From positions 521,817 through 585,816 of the forward strand of contig CAVNZM010000013.1 of NCBI GenBank assembly GCA_963693365.1: a stretch of DNA of 64,000 bases, given 5' to 3'. Origin of the DNA: Amoebidium appalachense. Taxonomy: Eukaryota > Protista > Ichthyosporea. This document shows positions 11,508-24,701 of this stretch, one piece after another. The notes under the pieces are model-generated. The model did not search any database. It saw only the letters and a program-made list of their open reading frames with translations, and was not told the origin of the DNA. Numbering within the stretch: the first letter of the stretch is position 1; each line of letters begins with the position of its first letter. Position numbers and translations under genes: made by a program.

Positions 11508-12825
11508 TCAGACCGATTGGTCATCGTCACTGGAAGTCACAGGCCTCCGTGTGCGGAGGGGCACCGTTTTCTTGCCCGATGGTCTTTCTTTCTTGCCCTG
11601 CCCTGCACGACTGCTTTCTTTCCGCTTCTTCTCATCCTCCTCTCTGGCTGCTTCGTCGAGAATCTTATCTATTGATTCCTTGGGCCTTTCTCTCTCTCCG
11701 CCCCGGAACCGTTTGGGCACATTCCCACCTGAATCCGCCCCCCTCTTCAGCCCGAGCCCGGTTTTTGTGTGGGGACTGGACATCATGGGGTCTGTGCGAG
11801 CGGGGGCACTCTGAGTAGGACGTTGGTGGGGGCGGGCAACGGATGAACGACCGGATTGGGTAGCGCTAGAGGGGGGGGGGGGGAGTATCTCCTCGACGTC
11901 GGATGTTTGTGTGTGGGGATTGGACATCATGGGGTCTATGCGAGCGGGGGCACTCTGAATAGGACGTTGGTGGGGGCGGGCAACGGATGAACGACCGGAT
12001 TGGGTAGTGCTAGGAGGGGGGGGGGGGGAGTATCTCCTCGACGTCGGATGTATGGGGGGAGCGTTTCAGGCCCAAAAGCAGTTTTTGTGTGCTCTCCTTG
12101 ACTGTCTTTAGATAGGATTTCTGCAGGTCTGCCATCTCTGACTCGACTTTTGCATTTTCCTCCTTCTGCCAGGCCACCTCATCCTGCAAGGATAACTTTT
12201 CGGCCGTCTCACTAATGAGCCGAGCTTCGAGTTCCTGAACCCTCTCAGCCAACAGGTTGTTCGTTGCAGAAGCAGTATATTTATCTTTGACTGCTGCTTC
12301 TTTGACCTCTCTAATCGTTTCTGTCAACCGTTTGTTTTCATCTTTCACCGTTTGCAACGCTTTCTCCGCATTTTCATATTTCTCTTTGTATTCGAGTAAG
12401 GTGGTGGTGGCGGCGGTGGTGGGTGTAGCAGGCACAGATGTCACGCCAAGTGAGGCTAAAGCCTGACTAAGTTGCAATGTCATTTCTGCCTGTAGTGCTT
12501 CCATAAGTCTATGGTCGATGGGAGCCGAAGAAACGTCCTTGTCGGTGGGGTCGGCGGGGGTGCCCTTTTTGTCGGTGGGGTCGGCGGGGTCGGCGGGGGT
12601 GCCCTTTTTGTCGGTGGGGTCGGCGGGGTCGGCGGGGGTGCCCTTTTTGTCGGTGGGGTCGGCGGGGTCGGCGGGGGTGCCCTTTTTGTCGGTGGGGTCG
12701 GTGGGGTCGGCGGGGGTGCCCTTTTTGTCGGTGGGGTCGGCGGGGTCGGTGGGGGTGCCCTTTTTGGGGTCGGTGGGGTCGGCGGGGTTTGTGCTTTGCC
12801 CGACCATTTGCGAGGCGCTATCCAT
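11508..12825 (-). CDS. Coiled-coil protein with N-terminal (PADPTDKKGT)n repeats and basic/acidic C-terminus; split by a frameshift at a G-run (~12016-12029)
   Basis: ORFs 12010-12825 and 11508-11930 share a duplicated segment (SDVEEILPPPP...) and join across the homopolymer. Heptad-like region YKEKYENAEKALQTVKDENKRL. Further 3' exons are possible but unresolved. Confidence 0.6.
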
Positions 12826-13229
12826 GGTTCACAAATTCAAAAGAGGGGAATGTGAAATAGAAAAGACTACCCTGAAAAACGTGGAGGTCAAGAGTCAGAC
12901 ACTTCTTCCCAAAAAAAAAAAGATACGAACAAAAAAAAAGTCGTCACTGAAATAGAGATACGAACAAAAAAAGTCGTCACTGAATTATTTACAAAAAGCA
13001 AAGCAAACGAAAATTCTATCGCGTGCAAACACACCGTGAACTGAAAAAAACCCCTTACACAAAGCCAAAATAAAGCAAAATTCATTCATGTGCAAACGCG
13101 GCTGTGAACTGATCAAAAAGGCCATCACCGATGATTTTTAGAAGCAAAATGTTCTTATAAGGGGATCCATTGAGGACTGAGGACCGAGGACCAAGCTTTG
13201 CCAAGCCTTGTAGTGCATGAGATGTAAAA

Positions 13230-13498
13230 TATTGTATCCACTTTGGGTATGAAGCGCTGGCGCTGGGTTTGTCGTATACTCCACTTCGGGGCTTTTGTAT
13301 GCAGCGCTTATTTCCCCTCTTTTTGCACACACAGCTTTGCACACACAGCAACTGTCTTTTTATTGTATCCACTTTGGGTATGAAGCTTTGGCGCTGGGTT
13401 TGTCGTATACTCCACTTCGGGGCTTTTGTATGCAGCGCTTATTTCCCCTCTTTTTGCACACACAGCTCACACACACACGCACACACACACGCACACAC

Positions 13499-13553
<55 letters not shown>

Positions 13554-14520
13554 ATATCCAATAGCATCTCATTCGCGGACTTCTTTGTGCTCTGATTGTT
13601 GGATCCACGTCAGTGATCGGGCACTGGCACTCCAGGCAGCGAATTTCATAATCTGATTGTCCAATGGTCATCTCATTCGCGGACTTCTTTGTGCTCTGAT
13701 TGGTGTATAACAGTTGGATCCACGTCAGTGATAGGGCACTGGCACTCCAGGCAGCGAATTTCATAATCTGATTGGCCATCTCATTCGCGGACTTCTCCGT
13801 GCTCTGATTGGTGTATAACAGTTGGATCCACGTGATAGGGCACTGGCACTCCAGGCAGCGCATGTCATAATCTGATTGGCCAAGTGCCCCATCGGCTCTT
13901 CAGATGCCGGATTCACAAAACGCTTTCCACACATAATTTTTGTATTAAGAAAGTGTATAATCAATTTATTTTGGTGCTTTTGGTATTTATTGGTACATAT
14001 TAGCGATATATATTGCTTCGCGGAAGGGTCCTGGGGAGCAAGGGCGGTAATACTATAATTAGCAGCTGAGTTGATAAGCCAGTTATCACGGGCGCGGATA
14101 TTCCCAAATGCACGCGAATCATTCAGTGATTGTTGGATAGGGGCTATCGGGCACTGGTACTAAGGGCAAACGCGTGTCGGCCATGGCATGATCTGATTAG
14201 CCAATTTGATACGATGTTGCAAATCCTAAAGGCTTTTCGTAGACTGGTTTCAGAAAACGCTTTCCACACAAATTTCTAAGCAAATATTTGCATAATAAAT
14301 ATAAATTAATCATTTTGGGTATATTATTTTTATTGCTAAGTTATAACACTTAATTAGCCACAAATTTGGCTACGCAGAGGGGCAGCCGGGTCGGTGAAAC
14401 GATCTTACTGATTGGCCAGTTATCACGTACGCGCGCCGAGTATTGCCCAATACACATTCCATTTTGCAATTGGGCAAACAGGACAAACTATTGATTGGTC
14501 AGCTATCATTTCAATGACAT
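13230..14520. promoter_or_regulatory. Divergent intergenic region made of duplications (13230-13467 x2; 13565-13880 x3; diverged ~335-bp pair) rich in CTGATTGG (CCAAT) boxes
   Basis: Repeats read directly. ATTGG/CCAAT recurs many times between two divergently oriented genes (12825 minus, 14936 plus). The promoter role is inferred. Confidence 0.55.
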
Positions 14521-14771
14521 GATTGAAGCGCGCCACTTCAGTTCGTGTCACTTGCACCCCGGCGCTGAAACTGTTTACGTTGCAAGCAGGCCAGAGTCAA
14601 AACAAAGAACGAGAACACAGACCTGTTAGTCTGTGCACGTCGCGCTTTTAGCTGCCTTTTCTTCTTTGAATACAGACACGTAGAATTTCCTTCACGTTTT
14701 TCCCGACACATTTTAAACACACACATTGTAGACTAGACGCGAGCGCAGCAGTGGCACAAGCACACAGGCAG

Positions 14772-14843
<72 letters not shown>

Positions 14844-14935
14844 GAGCGCGAGCGCAGCAGTGGCACAAGCACATAGCAAGCGCGCTCGCAGACGAGAAAA
14901 AGCTCACAATCACACACAAAATACACACAAACAAC

Positions 14936-16151
14936 ATGGCTGCTACCAACGAACAGTTTCTGGCGCTCATCAATGATGCGTTCCAGAGTAGCATACAAGC
15001 AAACCCACCAACATTCATATTCTCGAAACATACTGATCCTACAATCATTTTTACGGGTGAAGAGCTATTCACACGACAGGGTTTTAATCGTTATCAAAGA
15101 AAGAAGACGGCACCAATATTACACGCTGTGAAACCCAACGATTCAGATCATGTTTCGGTCTTCTTGTTTGAACTCAACGACGGGCGTCTGTATCACAGGA
15201 ACAAATATCAGTTGCAACAACTCGAAAACAACAAGGGTATCAATACGACTATTGCTTGGATTCTGAAATGGGGTGGCCCTCAATGGAGAGTTTACGATCT
15301 TGGCAGCTATCATGGAAACTCGGATGGTTTGGCGGCGATGCTCAGTCGACTTTCCACTTTCAGTGGCAGCGACGACTTAAGTCAAATACCTGAAGTATCG
15401 GGTTCTTTGCCGGGGGAGAAACAAATTTTTTGGATATTCAAAAGGCTCGGATGGGAAGTGTGGTGGGATGGGGCTGCACGCAGCCCTCCAGACAGACCTG
15501 CTGTCAAACTGCCGGCCCCGACAATTAACCACCCGAAAAAGCGGGCAAAAGTGGAGGTCCACAAGAGTGATGATGAAGGAGAGGGGGAAGAGGGGGTTGG
15601 AGAGGGAGAAGGGGGAGAGTGGAGAGGAGAGGGAGAAGGGGAAGAGGGGGTTGGAGAGGGAGAAGGGGGAGAGTGGAGAGGAGAGGGAGAAGGGGGAGAG
15701 TGGAGAGGAGAGGGAGAAGGGGAAGAGGGGGTTGGAGAGGGAGAAGGGGGAGAGTGGAGAGGAGAGGGAGAAGGGGAAGAGGGGGTTGGAGAGGGAGAAG
15801 GGGGAGAGTGGAGAGGAGAGGGAGAAGGGGGAGAGTGGAGAGGGAGAGGGAGAAGGGGAAGAGGGGGTTGGAGAGGGAGAAGGGGGAGAGTGGAGAGGAG
15901 AGGGAGAAGGGGGAGAGTGGAGAGGAGAGGGAGAAGGGGGAGAGTGGGATTTCCAGCCAGGTAACCCCCCCCCCCCCACACACACACAACCAACCACCCA
16001 ATTACCCAACCACCTACACCACCATCACCCACACATTGAAGCCATCACACACCTGCACGCATGCATGCACCTCGGCTTATCCCCCCCCCCCCCCCCCCCC
16101 CACACACACACCACGGGAAGGCACCTGCACGCATGCATGCACCTCGGCTTA

Positions 16152-16197
<46 letters not shown>

Positions 16198-16564
16198 CAC
16201 GGGAAGGCACCTGCACGCATGCATGCACCTCGGCTTATCCCCCCCCCCCCCCCCCCCCCCCCACACACACACCACGGGAAGGCACCTGCACGCATGCATG
16301 CACCTAGGCCTATCCCACCCCCCATCCCCCCCCCCCGGCTCCCCCCCACACACACACACACACACACACACCACAGGAAGGCACCTGCACGCATGCATGA
16401 CACACACACACACACACACACACACCACAGGAAGGCACCTGCACGCATGCATGACACACACACACACACACACACACACCACGGAAAGGCACCTGCACGC
16501 ATGCATGACACACACACACACACACACGCACACACACCACGGAAAGGCACCTGCACGCATGCAT

Positions 16565-16608
<44 letters not shown>

Positions 16609-16676
16609 ACGGAAAGGCACCTGCACGCATGTATGCACTCGGCTAACCCCCCCCCCCCCCCCCTCTGGCTCCCCCC

Positions 16677-16725
<49 letters not shown>

Positions 16726-16793
16726 ACGGAAAGGCACCTGCACGCATGTATGCACTCGGCTAACCCCCCCCCCCCCCCCCTCTGGCTCCCCTC

Positions 16794-16838
<45 letters not shown>

Positions 16839-17513
16839 ACGGAAAGGCACCTGCACGCATGTATGCACTCGGCTACCCCCCCTGTCGTGGCAACAAACAG
16901 AGTGTATACAAACTACTCTAACTATCTGCACGCTTAAAGGGGCTCGAAATGTGTATACGTATAAACTTTTCTTTGAGTTGGGTGGGAAGCGAGTTTTTTG
17001 TGTTCTGAGAAGAACTTCCAAAAGCCCGCGACCCCGCGAGACACTTCACAGACACGCGGCCCACTGGCCAGACAAATACCACAGTGACATTCAGCCAATC
17101 ACAACACTCCCTCCCCCACAGACTACACGCACTCCACACCATTGGCTACCGCGACCTCAGACACCCCTACAGCACTACAACACGTACACACGTTTACTCA
17201 CAATACATATAAGCATACACACACGCGAGCAGGCAACATGGGTCTCGCCACGCACACAGCAAGAAGCAATACAACATTTAACATGGAGAGTACGCAGAGG
17301 CATGGGGCATGCACGCGCGCACCAAACAATCAGCCGCCGCTGCATCAGATTCTCCCCATACCACTGATTAATCTCCTCATACCCCATTTAGACCCCGGCA
17401 TCACTATGCAAGAAAACCCCCGAAATTAACTCACCAAAACACAAAATATAGAAGTAAACTAATACGAATCAGCTCAGCACATGACACCCCCCCCCCCCCC
17501 CTCTGGCTCCCCT

Positions 17514-17575
<62 letters not shown>

Positions 17576-17651
17576 CACGGAAAGGCACCTGCACGCATGT
17601 ATGCACTCGGCTAACCGGGCCCCCCCCCCCCCCCCCCCTCTGGCTCCCCTC

Positions 17652-17704
<53 letters not shown>

Positions 17705-17978
17705 ACGGGAAGGCACCTGCACGCATGCATGACACACACACACACACACACACACCACGGGAAGGCACCTGCACGCATGCATGACACACACACACACACA
17801 CACACCACGGGAAGGCACCTGCACGCATGCATGACACACACACACACACACACACACACCACGGGAAGGCACCTGCACGCATGCATGACACACACACACA
17901 CACACACACACACCACGGAAAGGCACCTGCACGCATGTATGCACTCGGCTAAACCCCCCCCCCCCCCTGGCTCCCCCC

Positions 17979-18017
<39 letters not shown>

Positions 18018-18443
18018 ACGGGAAGGCACCTGCACGCATGCATGACACACACACACACACACACACCACGGGAAGGCACCTGCACGCATGCATGACACAC
18101 ACACACACACACACACACCACGGGAAGGCACCTGCACGCATGCATGACACACACACACACACACACACACCACGGAAAGGCACCTGCACGCATGCATGAC
18201 ACACACACACACACACACACACACCACGGGAAGGCACCTGCACGCATGCATGACACACACACACACACACACACACCACGGAAAGGCACCTGCACGCATG
18301 CATGACACACACACACACACACACACACCACGGGAAGGCACCTGCACGCATGCATGACACACACACACACACACACACACCACGGAAAGGCACCTGCACG
18401 CATGTATGCACTCGGCTAAACCCCCCCCCCCCCCTCCCCTCCC

Positions 18444-18481
<38 letters not shown>

Positions 18482-21317
18482 ACGGGAAGGCACCTGCACG
18501 CATGCATGACACACACACACACACACACACCACGGGAAGGCACCTGCACGCATGCATGACACACACACACACACACACACACCACGGGAAGGCACCTGCA
18601 CGCATGCATGACACACACACACACACACACACACCACGGAAAGGCACCTGCACGCATGCATGACACACACACACACACACACACACACCACGGGAAGGCA
18701 CCTGCACGCATGCATGACACACACACACACACACACACACCACGGAAAGGCACCTGCACGCATGCATGACACACACACACACACACACACACCACGGAAA
18801 GGCACCTGCACGCATGTATGCACTCGGCCAACCCCCCTCCCCCCCCCCCCCCCCCCACACGCACACGCACACACACACACGCACACACAGAGCAAGAAGC
18901 GGGAGAGGTGGACAGGGGGCAACAACAAGACACTGAGACTGGGGAGGTGGCGGGGTTCAACGAGGTACCCGTAGCACATCTCCGCCAAATGCATCTAGAA
19001 AAGCTCTCCTTGGAGAAGATAGTTTTGTCAATCGAAAAAGAACACGAGTTTCGGGCAGCTGGTGCCGTCAAGTTCGTGCCTCCCGAGCCGGTAGTGCAGG
19101 GGCTGAAAAAGGCTGCTCAGGCCACACGAGTGAGAAAATCCTACACCCGGATTTGGGTGGAGGCTACCACCATCAGGGATGTCTTCCTCGTTTATAGGGA
19201 GGACATCATAGGGCAAATTCCAGAGGTGCGTATTTGCAACCACTAGGATGTGGTTACCATGAACAGGGGCTAACACGATTGGGCAGGGGGATCCGGTGGG
19301 GGAGGAGGAGTTTTGGAGGTTGTTGGACTCCCTATCGGATGGTGAAAAATCAATGTTCCTTTACGGAACAGATCTGAAGCCTCTTAAGAACACCCATACA
19401 CCCAGTGAGGTACGTATGTGTGCGGCGATGTGCGTGCGTGTGTTTGTGCAGAGAGTGTATGTTGTGCATGCGTGCGTGCGTGTGTTTGTGCAGAGAGTGT
19501 ATGTTGTGCATGCGTGCGTGCGTGTGTTTGTGCGGAGAGTGTATGTTGTGCATGTGTGCGTGCGTGTGTTTGTGCAGAGAGTGTATGTTGTGCATGCGTG
19601 CGTGCGTGTGTTTGTGCAGAGAGTGTATGTTGTGCATGCGTGCGTGTGTGTGTTTGTGCGGAGAGTGTATGTTGTGCATGTGTGCGTGCGTGTGTTTGTG
19701 CAGAGAGTGTATGTTGTGCATGCGTGCGTGCGTGTGTTTGTGTGGAGAGTGTATGTTGCGTAGGCATGTGTGCGTGTGTGTAGGGATGCGTGCGGGCGTG
19801 TGTTTGTGCGGAGAGTGTATGTTGTGTAGGGATGCGTGCGTGCGTGTGTTTGTGCGGAGAGTGTATGTTGCGTAGGCATGTGTGCGTGTGTGTAGGGATG
19901 CGTGCGGGCGTGTGTTTGTGCGGAGAGTGTATGTTGTGTAGGGATGCGTGCGTGCGTGTGTTTGTGCGGAGAGTGCATGTTGTGTAGGGATGCGTGCGTG
20001 CGTGTGTTTGTGCGGAGAATGTATGTTGTGTAGGGATGCGTGCGTGCGTGTGTTTGTGCGGAGAGTGGATGTTGTGTAGGGATGCGTGCGTGCGTGTGTT
20101 TGTGCGGAGAGTGTATGTTGTGTAGGGATGCGTGCGTGCGTGGGGTGTATGTTGTGTAGGCATGCGTGCGTGCGTGGGTGTGCAGCGGAGAGTGTATGTT
20201 GTGTTGATGCACTGTGGTGGGTATATGTAGGCATGCTGTGTGTTGTTGAATGGTGAACATGAAGGCACTAACAGGAGGGACAGGTGGTGAAGAAAGAAAT
20301 CGACTACATGTTCAGCTTGGAGACGCTTGACTCAATAGTATCAAGAGAATTCAAAGATCGTGTGGGCATCTCAACACCGATGCTCTATAAGTATGCCCCC
20401 CCCCCCCCCCCCCAAAAAAAAAAAAAAAATAATTAAACAAAGGAAAAAGGCAGGCTTGCAGAACGCCCCTTATGTTCACAGAACCATCCTGGGTGTGTGT
20501 ATGGGTCGGTCTTTTCGGAATGTATTGGGGCCACATCTAGTCGGAAGTAATTACTGTTTTAGCCCCAACTAATCCCATGCCTCTTTGCAGTGTCACGACT
20601 GGGGGTCCGATTGTGCTCCACACAGAAGACCTTCTACTTGGGAGTGTCAACATCATGGTCCGTGGGCCAGGAAAGAAAATCTGGTTCGTGATCAGTGCAG
20701 AGTACGAGGAACAGGTTACGTCTATCCTCGAGGATATCTACGAGAGACTTGAGCTTTCGGGGGCCGGTATCTGTAAGAAAGTCACACAGCATAAGGTAGG
20801 CCCCCCCACCAAAAAAAAAAAAAAGAAAAAAAAAAAACAATAAAAAAAAAACGACCACACACACACAGTAACAGAGGACGAACAAGAAGAGGGAGAGAGG
20901 GAGTGGTAGATACAGACGTGAAGAACAAGTGGTAGACACAAAGAACAAGTGGTAGACACAGACGTGAAGAACAAGTGGTAGACACAGACGTGAAGAACAA
21001 GAACCAAAAAAGCACTTACAAAAACGACCACCCGGGTTTTCATATGACTAACATTTGGGTGGGGCAGTCTGTGTTCATCCACCCCCGTTATTTGATGAAG
21101 AAGGGCATCCCCGTGCAGCGCACGGTTCAGCACGCAGGTGAGGTCATCTGCACCTTGCCTGGAGCATACCACTTTGGGTATGCTGCTGGTAGCAGCTTGG
21201 CCGAGGCGGTAAATTTTGCCACGGTCAACTGGCTTGTGGTCGCTGGCAAGAAGCCCCCCCCGGCATGCACGTGTGGCTACACTGACAGGGAACTCGTTTT
21301 CGAGGTACCCCCCCCCC

Positions 21318-21383
<66 letters not shown>

Positions 21384-21400
21384 AACAAACAAAAAAACAC

Positions 21401-21458
<58 letters not shown>

Positions 21459-21800
21459 ATGCCCTAGCATTCACGATTACATGTAGGGGTTCGTAAAAAC
21501 GGTTTTTTGGGTCCTTGCAGAGTTTTTCTTGACCTGGTCCACACGTAGGAGTTCGTTTCCTGTGGGTGTGTGCCATGGTGGTGTATTGGTGGGTGCGTGG
21601 GTGTGTTTGAGGTAATGGCATACAGTGATGTCTGAGCCTTGCATAAACAAATCACCTGGCTGGACTACTACTTACACCCAACTATCAACCCACAGGTGTC
21701 CCATGCACAGTGGAAAAAGCTGAGAGAGAAGTACAAGGCTGACATCGAGCAGTTCGAGGAGGAGCTTGAGCAGTTCGAGGAGGAGCTTTTGAGTGGGTAG
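14936..21800 (+). CDS. KDM4-like: KDM4/JMJD2-like JmjN-JmjC histone lysine demethylase, 7 exons (14936-15960, 18891-19225, 19287-19409, 20284-20390, 20591-20795, 21068-21304, 21696-21800), ~711 aa after correcting a 1-nt insertion near 15843
   Basis: Phase-compatible GT-AG junctions, most with CTAAC/CTAAT branch points. Motifs: JmjN (LSIEKE..AGAVKFVPP), EEFW..LYGTD, GISTPMLY, HTED..SVN..GKKIW, C..QHK, GIPV..VQHAGE..PGAYH..AEAVNFAT..W..CTC. The Fe ligands H-x-E...H and the KDM4 Zn site C/H/CxC are present. Confidence 0.9.
15961..18890 (+). repeat. Intron 1 satellite: ~52-bp unit CCACGGRAAGGCACCTGCACGCATGCATGA(CA)n, dozens of copies
   Basis: Read directly; fills the intron between the GT at 15961 and the AG at 18889-18890. 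Confidence 0.95.
16883..17486. mobile_element. Solo LTR (604 bp) inserted in a C-run of the intronic satellite
   Basis: Unique block with TGTCGTG...CATGACA termini (TG..CA, imperfect inverted ends), flanked by CCCCC on both sides. It splits one satellite unit (GCACTCGGCTA(C)n | (C)nTCTGGCTCC). Confidence 0.75.
19420..20200. repeat. Intron 3 tandem repeat, ~39-42-bp TG-rich unit
   Basis: Unit GTGCGTGCGTGTGTTTGTGCRGAGAGTGTATGTTGTG repeated many times. Confidence 0.9.
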
Positions 21801-21809
21801 ACCACACAT

Positions 21810-22140
21810 GGTTTGTGGTGGGTGCGGTGGGGGAAACGTAGTTGTGGTGGTGGCGGCGGGTAGGCCCCACATTCACATCTTACTTAGGGTTTGTGGTGGG
21901 TGCGGTGGGGGAAACGTAGTTGTGGTGGTGGCGGCGGGTAGGCCCCACATTCACATCTTACTTAGGGTTTGTGGTGGGTGCGGTGGGGGAAACGTAGTTG
22001 TGGTGGTGGCGGCGGGTAGGCCCCACATTCACATCTTACTTAGGGTTTGTGGTGGGTGCGGTGGGGGAAACGTAGTTGTGGTGGTGGCGGCGGGTAGGCC
22101 CCACATTCACATCTTACTTAGGGTTTGTGATGGGTGTGGT
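21810..22140. repeat. ~78-bp tandem repeat x4 just after the JmjC stop
   Basis: GGTTTGTGGTGGGTGCGGTGGGGGAAACGTAG...CACATTCACATCTTACTTAG repeated four times. Confidence 0.95.
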
Positions 22141-22374
22141 GGAGGAAAGACGTGGTACAAAGTTTTCATACCAAGTTTTCTGTAATGTTTATTCGAATGT
22201 GATCTGCTTCAATCTTATCCAAATTTTCATGTATATTGTATTTGCCCGGTAACAGTACCAAGTTTCCGTAATGACTATTGAATGTATTTGCCCGTGGTAG
22301 CGGGAGAGACTCCATTTAATATACCCCAAGTCTCCTTTTCAATCTGTGTACGAGCACACTGGCACGTACATTGT

Positions 22375-22702
<328 letters not shown>

Positions 22703-22906
22703 ATGATACACATGCTACCAAGTTTTCATTGAACGGTGTAGGGGAGGGGGAGGGGGGGGGGGGGAGATAGACTCCAGCTCATCAAAATTAAACCCCAACA
22801 GATTCTCTCGTCATTTACATTTTCCATGTTTGTGGAGATTCTCTCGTCATTTACATTTTCCATGTTTGTGGTGTGAGTCCATTCATCCTTTGGCTTGTGT
22901 AGGTCT

Positions 22907-23167
22907 CTATGCATCCTCAGGCTCCATCATCTTCTGCAGTACAATTGCTGTCTGTCGTTGATTCTTGGGCACCCACTTCTTGAATCCACACTTCTCCGCC
23001 AACTCATCGGGCAGATCTATATAGCCCTTTTCCGCAAGCTCTTGTGCATATACTCGTTGCTCCATCTGCGTCCGCCGGGTGGTGGCCTCGGTCGGCACAA
23101 TAGTTGCCTGCACCACGGGTGCCTTGCCGGGCTCCTCCTTCAGCTTGTACTCCCATCGGTACGCCAT
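22907..23167 (-). CDS. Hypothetical 86-aa intronless protein
   Basis: ATG-started, charged protein-like ORF (MAYRWEYKLKEE...) lying 36 bp downstream of the Cys-rich ORF in the same orientation. Confidence 0.55.
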   Translation of the reverse strand: MAYRWEYKLKEEPGKAPVVQATIVPTEATTRRTQMEQRVYAQELAEKGYIDLPDELAEKCGFKKWVPKNQRQTAIVLQKMMEPEDA

Positions 23168-23203
23168 ACTCTATGCCACAAAAATCTCTGCTCACCCAAG
23201 CCT

Positions 23204-23596
23204 TCAAGTGCGCTCCTTGATCACCACCGCAGGCGCATGCGCACACGTGGGGCACGCCGGGCACTTCTGCTCGGGCGGGCAGCGCGTGCATGCGGGGCAC
23301 TGTGCGCACCGAGTGGGGCTGGCACCGCACACGTGGCAGCGGGGGCAGTGCGCACACTTGCGGCGGGGAACGCAGCTGCCGCAGCTGGCACACATTGGGC
23401 ACGCACGCTGGCACTTGAGCACTGCCAGGCGCCGCCGCACACGTGGGCTGAACGTGTCCCAGAGCACGTAGAGGATCAGGCCGGCCAGGATGGCCAGTAG
23501 GATGGGGGAGGGCCCGGGGGTGCTGCGCGGGCTTGTGCGGATCGGGGGAGGGGGTGCGAATGGGCTGGGTGGGGGAAGGGGTGCGCCAGCGTCCAT
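23204..23596 (-). CDS. Single-TM protein with Cys-rich (CxxCPxC)n domain, 130 aa
   Basis: Pro-rich N-terminus, TM ILLAILAGLILYVLW, then CPMCASCGSC, CAHCPRCHVC, CAQCPACTRC, CPACPTC. Intronless, GC3-rich codons. Confidence 0.7.
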   Translation of the reverse strand: MDAGAPLPPPSPFAPPPPIRTSPRSTPGPSPILLAILAGLILYVLWDTFSPRVRRRLAVLKCQRACPMCASCGSCVPRRKCAHCPRCHVCGASPTRCAQCPACTRCPPEQKCPACPTCAHAPAVVIKERT

Positions 23597-23699
23597 GTTA
23601 CCCGGTGCACGATATAATGTGGGGTTGGGGTTGTGCGGGCAGATGGGAGGAGGGTTTGGGGGGGGGGGGGGGGGGGGGCGCTCATGAGCAAGGGTATGG

Positions 23700-24103
23700 T
23701 GATAGCGATCATGTCATTGACCCTACTCGCCAACAACACAGGTGCAAGCGCACGGTGATAGCGCTCATGACCCTACTCTCCAACAACACAGGTGCAAGCG
23801 CACGGTGATAGCGCTCATGACCCTACTCTCAAACAACACAGGTGCAAGCGCACAGTGATACGCAGCCACCGTGTGCATGTGTGTGTGTGTGTGTGTGTGA
23901 GGGGGGGGGGGGGGGGTCCAATGCGTGCGCTTGCACATGTGTTGTTTGAGAGTAGGGTCATGAGCGCTATCACCGGGCGCTTCCACATGTGTTGTTTGAG
24001 AGCAGGGTTGTGAGCGCTATCACCGGGCGCTTCCACATGTGTTGTTTGAGAGAAGGGGCATGAGCGCTATTACCGGGCGCTTTGTGTTTGTGCGTGTGTG
24101 GGG

Positions 24104-24166
<63 letters not shown>

Positions 24167-24295
24167 ATGCGTGTGCTTGCACCTGTTATGTTTGAGTGTA
24201 GGCGCAAGAGCGCTATCACCGGGCGCTTCCACATGTGTTGTGTGAGAGAAGAGGCATGAGCGCTATCACCGGGCGCTTTGTGTTTGTGCGTGTGT

Positions 24296-24354
<59 letters not shown>

Positions 24355-24669
24355 GGGGGCAATGCGTGTGGTTGCACCTGTTATGTTTGAGTGTAGGCTC
24401 ATGAGCGCTATCACCGGGCGCTTCCACATGTGTTGTCTGAGAGAAGGGGCATGAGCGCTATCACCGGGCGCTTTGTGTTTGTACGTGTGTGGGGGGGGGG
24501 GGGGGGGGGGGGGGGGGGTGGGGGGCAATGCGTGTGGTTGCACCTGTTATGTTTGAGTGTAGGCTCATGAGCGCTATCACCGGGCGCTTCCACATGTGTT
24601 GTGTGAGAGAAGGGGCATGAGCGCTATAACCGGGCGCTTTGTGTTTGTGCGTGTGTAGGGGGGTGGGTG

Positions 24670-24701
<32 letters not shown>

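Noticed and set aside
16025-20268. Long HT/CV-rich ORFs (up to 486 aa)
   Set aside because: They are artefacts of (CA)n/(TG)n satellites inside JmjC introns; the same applies to ER/LS and poly-P/G ORFs elsewhere.
21810-22140. TTAGGG within the 78-bp repeat as a telomeric signal
   Set aside because: There is only one hexamer per unit and no telomeric array.
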